NCBI GenBank assembly: GCA_024103415.1
Contig: JAGFIR010000193.1
Location: 1 to 55,539, forward strand
Direction of reading: 5' to 3'
From: Acidimicrobiales bacterium
GTDB lineage: Bacteria > Actinomycetota > Acidimicrobiia > Spongiisociales > ZC4RG35
DNA length: 55,539 nucleotides
Made by a program: the position numbers and the translations under genes. Shown piece after piece: positions 1 to 8,562 of the stretch. The notes beneath the pieces are model-generated. The model did not search any database and was not told where the DNA came from. It saw only the letters and a list, made by a program, of their open reading frames with translations. The stretch's first letter is position 1. Every line of letters starts with the position of its first letter.

Positions 1-71
1 TCGCCCGTCGAAGGGGCTTCGGCTCCGGAGACGAGTCGCCTCGCCGGGGGCCCGCTTTCCCGGGGAGACGA

Positions 72-132
72 CATCGAGAGCCCCGAGAGGGCTGAGGCCT
101 CGGCCACAGCTCCCTCGGGGTTTCTCCTTTGT
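72..132. repeat. GC-rich hairpin repeat, copy 1 (partner at 787-850)
   Basis: The string 'gagagccccgagaggg...ggc(t/a)ccctcggggtttctc' occurs again at 787-850. Its arms are self-complementary (ccccgag(a)gg / ccctcgggg). Confidence 0.6.
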
Positions 133-134
133 GA

Positions 135-412
135 ACTTTGTCCTCCTGGAGCGTCAGCGACAGGAGGAAGGTACCGCCGCCAGAGGCGGCGGTAGGGGCA
201 GGCGTCTCCCATGTTCCGCGGCTCCGCCTGGAGCCGCACTTTGTCCCCCTGGAGCGTCAGCGACAGGGGGAAGGTACCGCCGCCGGAGGCGGCGGCAGGG
301 GGCAGGTGCTCCCTTGTTCCGCGGCTCCGCCTGGAGCCGCACTTTGTCCCCCTGGAGCGCTAGCGACAGGGGGAAGGTACCGCCGCCGGAGGCGGCGGTA
401 GGGGGCAGGTGT
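135..412. repeat. Tandem repeat, about 2.7 copies of a 103-bp unit made of three consecutive hairpins
   Basis: Units start at 135, 238 and 341 ('actttgtcc(c/t)cctggagcg...'). Each unit has three palindromes: ccccctg-N-caggggg, taccgccgcc-N4-ggcggcggta and gcggctcc-gcc-tggagccgc. Copies are near identical. Confidence 0.85.
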
Positions 413-786
413 CAGGTCGCGAAAACAAATCGGCGATTCGGCTTGTGCCCCTTCGGGGGATGGTTTACCTTCCCTCCCACGTCGAAGGGGCAACCCGGAG
501 ACGCACCAGATCGGGCGGGAAACCGACCGTGAAGGTTCACCGGAGATTCGGGTTCGCCCGAGTCGAAGGTCCTCCGACCCGCAGTCGGGCCTCGGCCTGA
601 AGGCGGATCGGACAGGCCGCTTCATCGGCGGGGATCCCTCGGGATCGTCACGATGGATCGGTCACCACAGGCCTCCGGGCCTGTATGAGTTCCCGGAGAC
701 GGGAACGCGGCCTTCGGGCCGCACCCGCTGTCGGCTTCGGCCGGTGGCAAAACCGGTTGGATTCGGGTCCCCGGCCCGATGAAGAC

Positions 787-850
787 CACCGAGAGCCCCG
801 AGAGGGTTGTGGCTTCGGCCTCGGCTCCCTCGGGGTTTCTCTTTTTGTCC
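787..850. repeat. GC-rich hairpin repeat, copy 2 (partner at 72-132)
   Basis: Same sequence family as 72-132. It lies just upstream of the lipoprotein gene. Confidence 0.6.
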
Positions 851-919
851 GGGATGTGGCTCCAGAACCCGGCGCAGCCAGCCGATGCTTATCGGGAACA
901 TCTGGTGGTAGGGGGGAAG

Positions 920-1654
920 ATGAAACGCCCGTTAGTGCTCCTTTCGATGCTCGCGCTCGTCTCGGCCTGCACCGCGCGGTCCGAGATCCACGTCCTCTTC
1001 GACTCACCGGACTCCGGCGTCGTCAGGATGGTCATGGCCGGTGACTCACAGCTTCGTGAGGCCATGCTCATGGATTATGAGGGGCCGGTCGAGCCCGACT
1101 GGGATGACCCCGACTTCGTCGCCGAGGTCTTCGATGCGGAAGACATCGCAGAGGAGGAAGGGACCGACGTGGCCGTCTACCGGAGCGGCGACTTCGTGGG
1201 GCTCGAGGCGACCAAGCGCTTCTCCTCCCTCGACGAGCTCTCCGGGATCATGCATGGCGACGGCGCCACAGGGAGCATGTCGTTCGTCACCGACGAGAAG
1301 ACCATCTCACTCGTGACTACGGGTTTCGTGGAGGACGTCACCGACGGGGCGGGGGCAGGGATGGCGGAGTTCCTCCAGGTCGAGATGAACCTCCACGTCA
1401 AGTTCCCCGGCGAGGTCGAGTCTCACAACGCAACCCGTGTGGCCGACGACGGCACGCTGGTCTGGGAGTACCGGATCGACGGGTCGGCGACCAGCTTCGA
1501 AGATCCGGAGGCCACGGCTCAACTGTCGTCCTCGGGCCTTCCCGTGGCTCTCGTGGTGGTTGCCGGCGTCGTGGTGGTCATCGCAGTGCTTGCGGTGGTG
1601 ATGGCGAGACGGCGGGAAGAGCCGGCCGGCCTGCCCGTCGAGTCCACGACCTGA
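920..1654 (+). CDS. Lipoprotein with C-terminal transmembrane anchor (LppM/DUF3153-like architecture)
   Basis: Internal ATG of ORF 779..1654 preceded by the purine-rich 'ggtaggggggaag'. The N-terminus MKRPLVLLSMLALVSAC has a lipobox. The C-terminus LPVALVVVAGVVVVIAVLAVVMARRRE is a TM helix followed by basic residues. The family name is from memory of the architecture only. Confidence 0.7.
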   Translation: MKRPLVLLSMLALVSACTARSEIHVLFDSPDSGVVRMVMAGDSQLREAMLMDYEGPVEPDWDDPDFVAEVFDAEDIAEEEGTDVAVYRSGDFVGLEATKRFSSLDELSGIMHGDGATGSMSFVTDEKTISLVTTGFVEDVTDGAGAGMAEFLQVEMNLHVKFPGEVESHNATRVADDGTLVWEYRIDGSATSFEDPEATAQLSSSGLPVALVVVAGVVVVIAVLAVVMARRREEPAGLPVESTT

Positions 1655-1732
1655 CATCGAGCCCGCCGCGGAGGGCGGGGCAGCTGGTCGGCGCGTAGGC
1701 TCTGGCGAGTCGCGACAACCAGGGAGGACTCG

Positions 1733-3334
1733 ATGGCCCACATGCAGGATTTCCCCCTGCTGCTCTCCACCCTCTACGACCATGCGGTCTGGATCCACCC
1801 CGACCAGGAGATCGTGTCGGTCGAGTCGGATCGCTCGCTGACCCGCACCACCTATGCGGAGACGGACGCCCGGGTGAGGAAGCTGGCGTCGGCCTTCGAC
1901 GCCCTCGGGATCGAACCGGGCGGAGCCGTGGGCACCTTCGCCTGGAACAACATCCGTCATCACGAGCTGTACTGGGCCACGGCCAACACGGGCCGGATCT
2001 GTCACACGATCAACATCAGGCTCTTCGCCGACCAGATCGTCTACGTGGCGAACCATGCACGGGACCAGGCCATGTTCGTCGATCCGGACCTCGTCCCTCT
2101 CATGGCTCCGCTGGCCTCGCAGATGGAGACGGTGAAGCACTGGGTGATCATGGGGCCCGAGGCGAGCGACGAGTTGCCCGGCTCCATCGCCTACGACGAT
2201 CTCATCGCCGACCAGCCCGAGCACGGGCACTGGCCGCTGCTCGACGAACGGTCGCCCATGATGCTCTGCTACTCCTCCGGGACCACCGGGCATCCGAAGG
2301 GGGTGGCGTACACCCAGCGATCCACCTATCTCCACACGGTGACCAACCTGGCCAACTTCCCGATCGAGCCGACCGACAACGTCCTCCCGGTGGTCCCGAT
2401 GTTCCATGCCGCGGCCTGGGGCTATCCGTACATGTCGGTGACCAGAGGGGCCAAGCTCACCTACCCGGGACCCGACCTGTCACCCCAGGGTCTGGTCAAC
2501 CTCTTCGCCAACGAGGAGGTGACGTTCAGTGCCGGTGTTCCCACCGTCTGGCTCGGGGTGAAGCAGTACCTGGAAGCGAACCCCGACGCCAGCCTGTCCA
2601 CCATCCGGGCATTCCTCTGCGGCGGCTCGGCGGTGCCCAGGGCGATGATCGAGTGGTTCTGGAAGACCCAGGGGATAAGGGTCGTCCAGGGGTGGGGCAT
2701 GACCGAGACCAACCCGGTGGCGTCCGTGGCGATCCTCAAGCCCCACATGGAGGACTGGCCGCTGGAAGAGCAGCTCGACCGGCTCGAGACCGCCGGGATC
2801 CCCGTTCCCGGTCTGCAGGTGAAGATCGTCGACGAGGTCGGCGAGGAGCTCCCCCACGACGGGGAGGCGTTCGGCGAGTTGCTCATCCGCGGTCCCTGGA
2901 TCGCCGGCGAGTACTACAAGGACGACCGCACCCCGCAGTCGTTCGTGGACGGATGGCTGCGCACCGGTGATGTCTGCAAGATCACGCCCGAGGGCTACAT
3001 CCGGATCACCGACCGCGCCAAGGACGTGATCAAGTCGGGCGGGGAGTGGATCTCGTCACTCGATCTGGAGAACGAGCTCATGGCCCATCCGGCGGTGGCG
3101 GAGGCCACCGTGGTCGGCCTGAAGCACCCCAAGTGGCAGGAGCGCCCGGTCGCCTTCGTCGTCAAGTCGGGCGAGGTGACCCAGGAAGAGCTGATCGCAC
3201 ATCTCGAGAAGCGGGTGGCGTCCTGGTGGCTCCCGGACAAGGTCGTGTTCGTCGACGCCATCCCGAAGACCGGCACGGGAAAGTTCGACAAGAAGGTGGT
3301 CAGGGACCAGTACTCCGACCTGTTGATGGGCTAG
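1733..3334 (+). CDS. AMP-dependent acyl-CoA synthetase (fatty-acid--CoA ligase family)
   Basis: 533 aa. Carries the AMP-binding motif YSSGTTGHPKGV, a later GWGMTET motif and a C-terminal GKFDKK lysine motif. Confidence 0.85.
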   Translation: MAHMQDFPLLLSTLYDHAVWIHPDQEIVSVESDRSLTRTTYAETDARVRKLASAFDALGIEPGGAVGTFAWNNIRHHELYWATANTGRICHTINIRLFADQIVYVANHARDQAMFVDPDLVPLMAPLASQMETVKHWVIMGPEASDELPGSIAYDDLIADQPEHGHWPLLDERSPMMLCYSSGTTGHPKGVAYTQRSTYLHTVTNLANFPIEPTDNVLPVVPMFHAAAWGYPYMSVTRGAKLTYPGPDLSPQGLVNLFANEEVTFSAGVPTVWLGVKQYLEANPDASLSTIRAFLCGGSAVPRAMIEWFWKTQGIRVVQGWGMTETNPVASVAILKPHMEDWPLEEQLDRLETAGIPVPGLQVKIVDEVGEELPHDGEAFGELLIRGPWIAGEYYKDDRTPQSFVDGWLRTGDVCKITPEGYIRITDRAKDVIKSGGEWISSLDLENELMAHPAVAEATVVGLKHPKWQERPVAFVVKSGEVTQEELIAHLEKRVASWWLPDKVVFVDAIPKTGTGKFDKKVVRDQYSDLLMG

Positions 3335-4644
3335 GGGATGTACTGCTCCTCGATCGAGACGATCTCGCCGTCGACGATCGTCACCCACCACGGGTCGTGG
3401 ACCATGTTCACCTGATGGCCCGAAGGCTCTCCAGTCATGGCTTCGACGAACTGCGCGAAGGTGATGGGCAGGGGCACCAGGTCGAGCCCGGTCACGTAGT
3501 GGTACCAGACCGACGTCACCTCGACTCTGTCCGCCACCCGGAGCACGAGCTCGAGCGAGTCGTCGTTCCGGATGTAGTAGCCGTTGGGCCGGGGTGACTC
3601 CTCGCCGTCCTCCAAGGCGGCGTAGTCGGCCTCCTTGCCGCCGAACCAGACCACCAGGTCGAACTGGATCTCGGGCAGTCCGGTGAATCCTTCCTCTGCC
3701 GCATAGGTGACATATCCCAGGTATGTCCCGTCGGGGAGGTCGGCCACGCGGTCGTCGGTGAACATGGGCTCACCGTGGTGGACGTAGCGGGCCTCGGGGA
3801 GGGATGGGACGCCGTCGACATCCCGCCCGAGAAGGCTGGCAGACGCACCTGCGTGCTCGCCCGGGTAGAGGGTCTCGCCGGTTTCCAGGTCGAGGAGGAA
3901 GTAGGTCTCCTCTGGCATAGCCGGCTCGAACGGCCCCCGGGAGATGATCACGAATCGTCCGTCGAAGTCGTGGATCCGGGCGTACGCCTCGTAGAAGCCT
4001 CCCACGGGGATCTCCGCCACGACCTCCCCGTCCTGGAGGATGTGCAACTCGGCGACGTCCTCGATGCCCGCCACCTCGCCTTCGGAGTCGAAGAGGACCC
4101 CCGGGCCGGCGATGGTTGCCTGCAGACCGTTGGCTGCGTTCCAGACGTGCTCACCGTCGGTGCAACTCGCCTCGACCATCAGATCGCCGGGGTCGCGCAC
4201 CGCTTCGCCGGTCTCCAATGAGATGAAGTCGGAGTCACAGAACCCGATGCGAGCCACCGGGCCGGCTTCGGTGGGTATCACTTCGACCAGGTCTCCCTCA
4301 GCCGGTGCCACCTCCCGGGGTTCGGTCTCTCTTGCCGGCTGCCACCAGAGGGACCCGTCGGCCAGATAGGCGAAACCACCGCGCCGATCGCGTGCGATGG
4401 TGTGCCAGCCCACCGCTCCGGGCCCGCCGATAGGCCCTTCGAAATGGTGCAGCAGACCGTCCTCGGTCATGAGGACCCACGCTGCTTCCACGGTCTCCGG
4501 GAGTGTGGTCGTAGTCGTGGACGGGACCGTGGTCGATGTGGTGGTCGTCGTGGTCGGGGCCGCGGTCGTCGTGGTGGTCTGGCCGGTCCCGCCGCAGGCG
4601 GCGAGGATCAGTGCAAGCGGCGCGACCAGCCTGCGAAAGCTCAT
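3331..4644 (-). CDS. Secreted lipoprotein with Thr-rich linker, function unknown
   Basis: The N-terminus MSFRRLVAPLALILAACGG has a lipobox, followed by a poly-Thr/Pro linker (TTTTTAAPTTTTTTSTTVPSTTTTT). High GC3. Its stop overlaps the acyl-CoA synthetase stop (convergent). Confidence 0.7.
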   Translation of the reverse strand: MSFRRLVAPLALILAACGGTGQTTTTTAAPTTTTTTSTTVPSTTTTTLPETVEAAWVLMTEDGLLHHFEGPIGGPGAVGWHTIARDRRGGFAYLADGSLWWQPARETEPREVAPAEGDLVEVIPTEAGPVARIGFCDSDFISLETGEAVRDPGDLMVEASCTDGEHVWNAANGLQATIAGPGVLFDSEGEVAGIEDVAELHILQDGEVVAEIPVGGFYEAYARIHDFDGRFVIISRGPFEPAMPEETYFLLDLETGETLYPGEHAGASASLLGRDVDGVPSLPEARYVHHGEPMFTDDRVADLPDGTYLGYVTYAAEEGFTGLPEIQFDLVVWFGGKEADYAALEDGEESPRPNGYYIRNDDSLELVLRVADRVEVTSVWYHYVTGLDLVPLPITFAQFVEAMTGEPSGHQVNMVHDPWWVTIVDGEIVSIEEQYIP

Positions 4645-4704
4645 CGCCGCCGAAGCTAGCCGGGGTCACCGGTTAGTGGACCAGGGCATGGCGCGGGAGC
4701 CCCC

Positions 4705-5091
4705 GTGGCGTTCCCTATGATGACCGCCGTGGGCAGCATTCATGAAGCCTGGGGACCCATCGCCGCCGGCATCAGCGGGGTGGTCGGCCTCTGGGGAGTG
4801 ATCATGGCCAGGATGGAGCGGCCACCCAAGGCCTTCTACTGGGCGGTGGGGGTCGCCATCGCCGGGCTCCTGTTCCAGGTCATCCTGGGCGTGATGACGA
4901 TGAGCATCGACCAGATCAACCCCGGCAACCAGCATGTGTTCTACGGCGTCGTCATCGCGTTCGCCCTCGTGTTCACCTACATCTATCGGGCGCAGTTCCG
5001 GAAGCGCCCCGCCCTCTACTACGGCTTGCTGCTGCTGTTCACGATGGGGCTGTCGATCCGGGGGATCATGACCTTCGGGAGCAGCTTCTGA
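4705..5091 (+). CDS. Small integral membrane protein (about 4 TM), unknown function
   Basis: 128 aa with four hydrophobic stretches. GTG start; ATG alternatives at 4717/4720. Its stop overlaps the fabI start by 1 nt (TGATG). Confidence 0.6.
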   Translation: MAFPMMTAVGSIHEAWGPIAAGISGVVGLWGVIMARMERPPKAFYWAVGVAIAGLLFQVILGVMTMSIDQINPGNQHVFYGVVIAFALVFTYIYRAQFRKRPALYYGLLLLFTMGLSIRGIMTFGSSF

Positions 5092-5876
5092 TGCTGCTCG
5101 AGGGCAAGAAGCTCCTGATCACGGGTGTCCTCACAGACGACTCGATCGCTTTCCACACCGCCCGCATCGCGCAGGAAGAGGGTGCCGAGATCGTCCTCAC
5201 CGGCTTCGGGCGCAGCCTGCGGCTCACCGAGCGGTCGGCGCAGCGTCTCCCCAACCCGTGCGACGTCCTGGAGCTCGACATCAACGACCAGGCTCACGTC
5301 GGCGCCCTGGTGGCCGACCTCGAGGGCCGTTGGGGGAAGATCGACGGCGCACTCCACGCCATCGCCTTCGCCCCGGGTGACGCACTCGGGGGCAATTTCC
5401 TCAGCACACCGGTCGAGTCGGCGCAGACCGCCTTCGTCACTTCGGCCTTCTCCTACAAGACGCTGGCCGTCGCCCTCATGCCCCTGATGATCGAAGCAGG
5501 TGGAGGGGCGCTGGTGGCAATGGACTTCGACAACACCCAGGCCTGGCCGGCATACGACTGGATGGGCGTCGCCAAGTCGGCCCTCCAGAGCGTCACGCGC
5601 TATCTCGCCCGTGACCTCGGGAAGCACAACATCCGTGTCAACGCGGTGTCGGCGGGGCCGCTGAGCACCGTCGCCGCAAAGGCGATCCCCGGATTCGAGA
5701 GGTTCGACGAGGTGTGGGCCGAGCGTGCCCCGCTGAAGTGGGACACCGCCGACCCGACACCGGTGGCCCGGATGAACTGCGTCCTGCTCAGCGACTGGGC
5801 ACCGATGACCACCGGCGAGATCGTCCACGTCGACGGCGGCTTCCACGCCATCGCCGCCGGGCCCGCCCAGGATTAG
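5091..5876 (+). CDS. fabI: Enoyl-[acyl-carrier-protein] reductase (NADH), FabI/InhA family
   Basis: 261 aa. N-terminus LLEGKKLLITGVLTDDSIAFHTARIAQEEGAEIVLTGFG. SDR fold with Y...K (WMGVAKSALQS). Typical InhA-like sequence. Confidence 0.88.
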   Translation: MLLEGKKLLITGVLTDDSIAFHTARIAQEEGAEIVLTGFGRSLRLTERSAQRLPNPCDVLELDINDQAHVGALVADLEGRWGKIDGALHAIAFAPGDALGGNFLSTPVESAQTAFVTSAFSYKTLAVALMPLMIEAGGGALVAMDFDNTQAWPAYDWMGVAKSALQSVTRYLARDLGKHNIRVNAVSAGPLSTVAAKAIPGFERFDEVWAERAPLKWDTADPTPVARMNCVLLSDWAPMTTGEIVHVDGGFHAIAAGPAQD

Positions 5877-5920
5877 CTACCCGGCCCAGGGCCGCAGGAT
5901 GGCTTGCTGGGGTGTGACTG

Positions 5921-5944
5921 CTCGTGGGAAGCATCACCCACGAG
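5921..5944. terminator. Possible bidirectional hairpin between convergent fabI and histidine kinase
   Basis: ctcgtggg-aagcatca-cccacgag forms an 8-bp stem. There is no clear U-tract. Confidence 0.3.
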
Positions 5945-5988
5945 GTGGGTCACCTCACCGAGAAGACCCTGGTCACCGTCGAGTAGGG

Positions 5989-7758
5989 CTAGCGACCCTT
6001 CGGAAGCTCGACCACGAAGGTGGCGCCGCCACCTTCGGTCTCCTCGATGCGCACCGAACCGTGCATCACCTCGACCAGGCTCTTGACGATCGACAACCCC
6101 AGGCCCGTGCCACCTCGCGAGCGGGTGTCGGATTGGTCGAGCTGGGTGAACCTCTCGAAGACCCGGTCGCGCTGGTCCTCGGGGATGCCGGGGCCGTGGT
6201 CGACGACCGCGATGCGGATCCGGTTCAGCAGCTCCGAGCCGTGGATCTCCACCGGGCTCCCCGGTGCGTACTTGTAGGCGTTCTCCACCAGGTTGATCAG
6301 GACGCGGGTGAGGTGATCGCGGTCCGCCTCCACCTGGGCGTCCGGGGGATCCACGCTGATGGTCGCCTCGACGGGGACGACCCGGTTGACCTCGTCGAAG
6401 ATCTCCTTGAGGGAGATGGTCTCGAGATGCACGGGAATGGCGCCCCGGTCGATCCGGGATACCACGAGGAGGTCTTCGATGAGACGTTGCAGGCGGGACG
6501 CCTGCCGGCGGGCCGATTGGAGGAGCTGCTGTGAGGTCGGCTCGGTGGGGGCGAGCTCGGGGCGAGTGACCGTGTCCAGGGAGCCGATGATGGAGGTGAG
6601 GGGGCTGCGAAGCTCGTGACTCACCGTGGACACGAAGTCGGTCTTCATCTGCGCCACCTCTTCGAGACGGCGGGCCATCTCGGCCTGGGCCTCGTATCTG
6701 CCGATCTGGCTGAGGACCAGGCCCGCGGGAGCCGCCAGTGAGCCGAGGTCTTCGATCTGATCCTCGGTGAAGTCACCGCGTCTGGGCTCTCCGACGACGA
6801 TCACACCGACACGCATCGCCTCCACCTTGAGCGGGGCGACGATCGCCTGAGTCAGGCCCAGGTCCTTCAACACCAGGTGGGCGTCCGAGTTCTCGTCGAC
6901 CCGCCGGACATGGATCGGCCGAATCGCCCGATAGGACTGGGCGATGACGTTGACACCCGTGATGTCCACCATCGCCTCCTCGGCGTCCACGGTCCCGCCG
7001 TTCACCCAGATCGGGCTCATCACCTTGAGCTTGTTGAGCCCGCCGTCGTAGAGGAGCACCGCGCCGACCTCGGCGTCGAGGTAGCGACAGATGGTTCCGA
7101 CCAGGTAGGGGACGATCTCGGCCAACGACTCGGCGCGGGCCAGGGTGGCCGACACCTCGTAGAGGCGCTGGAAGTCGAGTCGCTGGTCCTCGAGGGTTCG
7201 CTCTCTCGTGGCGGACACGATCATCTCGCGCTCGAGCTCGAAGCCGGCCAGGGCTGTGGCCGCGGCCACGACCAGGACCGTGAACACGGGGGCGATCACC
7301 TGGGGCAACGCATCCACCTCGCCCAGGGTCAGCGCCAGGTAGCCGATGGCGGTGGCGATGGAGACCGTGACCAGGGCGTGCGCCCACCACACGAGGAGCA
7401 GGCCCGAGATGGCGGCGAGCCCGTAGAGAACGGGCTCGGCGGTGCCGGCCAGCTCGGGGATCGATCCCAATGCAGTGACGCTCCCGATCAGCAGCAGCAT
7501 CCACGCCGTCACCACCACGGGAGCCCAGGGCGAGGCCACGATTCGGTCCCAGCGGGCGATCGTGGACAGCACCAACAGGAGGATGAGCCCCACCATCGGG
7601 ATGTAGAAGACGGTCTCGTCGTAGACCTCGGTGCGCACCGCCTGTGCGCCGATGATGGCGACGATCGCCCACGCCACGCCGGAGGCGCGGCGAAGCAGCG
7701 ACGCCCGGAAACGGGCCATCGCCTCGTGAACGGTGGGTGTCGAGGACTCGGTGGTCAT
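5989..7758 (-). CDS. Membrane sensor histidine kinase with GAF domain (no adjacent response regulator)
   Basis: 589 aa. N-terminal multi-TM region, central GAF-like segment, H-box FVSTVSHELRSPLTSI, N-box NLVENAYKYAP, and G-boxes DHGPGI / GGTGLGLSIV. Confidence 0.88.
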   Translation of the reverse strand: MTTESSTPTVHEAMARFRASLLRRASGVAWAIVAIIGAQAVRTEVYDETVFYIPMVGLILLLVLSTIARWDRIVASPWAPVVVTAWMLLLIGSVTALGSIPELAGTAEPVLYGLAAISGLLLVWWAHALVTVSIATAIGYLALTLGEVDALPQVIAPVFTVLVVAAATALAGFELEREMIVSATRERTLEDQRLDFQRLYEVSATLARAESLAEIVPYLVGTICRYLDAEVGAVLLYDGGLNKLKVMSPIWVNGGTVDAEEAMVDITGVNVIAQSYRAIRPIHVRRVDENSDAHLVLKDLGLTQAIVAPLKVEAMRVGVIVVGEPRRGDFTEDQIEDLGSLAAPAGLVLSQIGRYEAQAEMARRLEEVAQMKTDFVSTVSHELRSPLTSIIGSLDTVTRPELAPTEPTSQQLLQSARRQASRLQRLIEDLLVVSRIDRGAIPVHLETISLKEIFDEVNRVVPVEATISVDPPDAQVEADRDHLTRVLINLVENAYKYAPGSPVEIHGSELLNRIRIAVVDHGPGIPEDQRDRVFERFTQLDQSDTRSRGGTGLGLSIVKSLVEVMHGSVRIEETEGGGATFVVELPKGR

Positions 7759-7818
7759 TGGATCAGCGGCTCACAAGTTATTCTCGGCCGCTCCAGCCAC
7801 CGGATCGAGGATTCATTC

Positions 7819-8562
7819 TTGGCACTGAGGTCGTTCGCAGACGGTGCCCTCTTCGCCGAGGTCCTCGGTGAAGGGGCCCCCGGCATCCTCGCATTGCACG
7901 GCTGGGGCCGCAGGGGATCGGATTTCCGCAGGGCTCTGTCGGATCTCCCGGTGCTCGCGCCGGACCTGCCCGGGTTCGGGGCGTCGCCGGCTCCATCTGA
8001 GGTCATCGGCGCCCAAGGCTACGCACGGGCCCTCGCTCCGATGCTCGACGCCTTCACCGATCCTGTGCTCGTCGTGGGTCACTCATTCGGCGGGAGGGTC
8101 GCAATGAGACTCGCCGCGGAGCACCCCGACCGGATCGCCTCGGTGATCCTCACCGGTGTCCCGCTGTTGCGTCTCCATGCGCCGCGCAAGCCCTCAATGG
8201 CGTACCGACTGCTCCGGCTGGGCAACCGGATGGGCCTCGTCCCCGACGAGGTCATGGAGCGGCGTCGCCGCCGCAGCGGCTCCGCCGACTACCGGGCAGC
8301 ATCGGGGATCATGCGCGACATCCTCGTGAAGGTGGTGGGTGAGACCTACGAGGAGGAGTTGCGCTCGGTCACACACCCGATCCACCTCCTCTGGGGGTCG
8401 AATGACCGGGAAGTGTCGGTGGAGGTGGCACGACGCGCCATGTCGATCCGTGAGGACGCCGGATTGCCCGTCAGCCTCGAGGTGGTCGAAGGCGTCGGCC
8501 ATCTGCTCCCGCTCGAGGCGCCCGATCGCCTCCGCTCTGCGGTCATGGAGCGATCCAGGTGA
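7819..8562 (+). CDS. Alpha/beta-fold hydrolase
   Basis: This is the C-terminal part of ORF 6877..8562; the upstream part is antisense to the kinase. TTG start at 7819 (CTG 7825 possible). HGWG oxyanion region, nucleophile elbow GHSFGG and a C-terminal GH. Its stop overlaps the next gene (GTGA). Confidence 0.75.
   Translation: MALRSFADGALFAEVLGEGAPGILALHGWGRRGSDFRRALSDLPVLAPDLPGFGASPAPSEVIGAQGYARALAPMLDAFTDPVLVVGHSFGGRVAMRLAAEHPDRIASVILTGVPLLRLHAPRKPSMAYRLLRLGNRMGLVPDEVMERRRRRSGSADYRAASGIMRDILVKVVGETYEEELRSVTHPIHLLWGSNDREVSVEVARRAMSIREDAGLPVSLEVVEGVGHLLPLEAPDRLRSAVMERSR

Noticed and set aside
135-412. Possible CRISPR array (also considered for 41231-41436 and 55240-55539)
   Set aside because: The repeat units are contiguous or degenerate with no unique spacers. 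At 103-128 bp the units are far longer than CRISPR repeats, and there are no cas genes in the window.
131-625. Several 60-130-aa ORFs on both strands across the 103-bp tandem repeat region
   Set aside because: Their translations are repeat-driven Arg/Pro/Gly/Ala strings. The frames mirror each other on both strands and there is no RBS or family resemblance, so the region is better explained as structured non-coding repeats.
1307-2407. Long antisense ORFs opposite real genes. Examples: 1307-2407, 5019-5846, 8346-9320, 17275-19038, 21606-23258, 23150-24400, 35618-36952, 37010-38290, 38221-39717, 43169-44677 and 50018-51025
   Set aside because: These are classic shadow ORFs of GC-rich DNA. Their products are Arg/Gly/Pro/Asp/His-rich and low in complexity. 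They lie antisense to genes with unambiguous conserved motifs and show no motifs of their own.
3331-4644. Paralogy between the two Thr/Ser-linker lipoproteins (3331-4644 and 52917-53984)
   Set aside because: They share only the lipobox plus low-complexity linker architecture. The mature domains show no alignable motifs by eye.
6877-7818. N-terminal 314-aa extension of the hydrolase ORF (6877..8562). Similar 5' extensions occur in ORFs 29057..31153, 52917..55094, 35552..38284, 37795..39240 and 16699..18090
   Set aside because: The extensions run antisense to, or in another frame of, well-supported neighbouring genes. In each case an internal start with an RBS or a 4-nt overlap gives a protein of canonical length.
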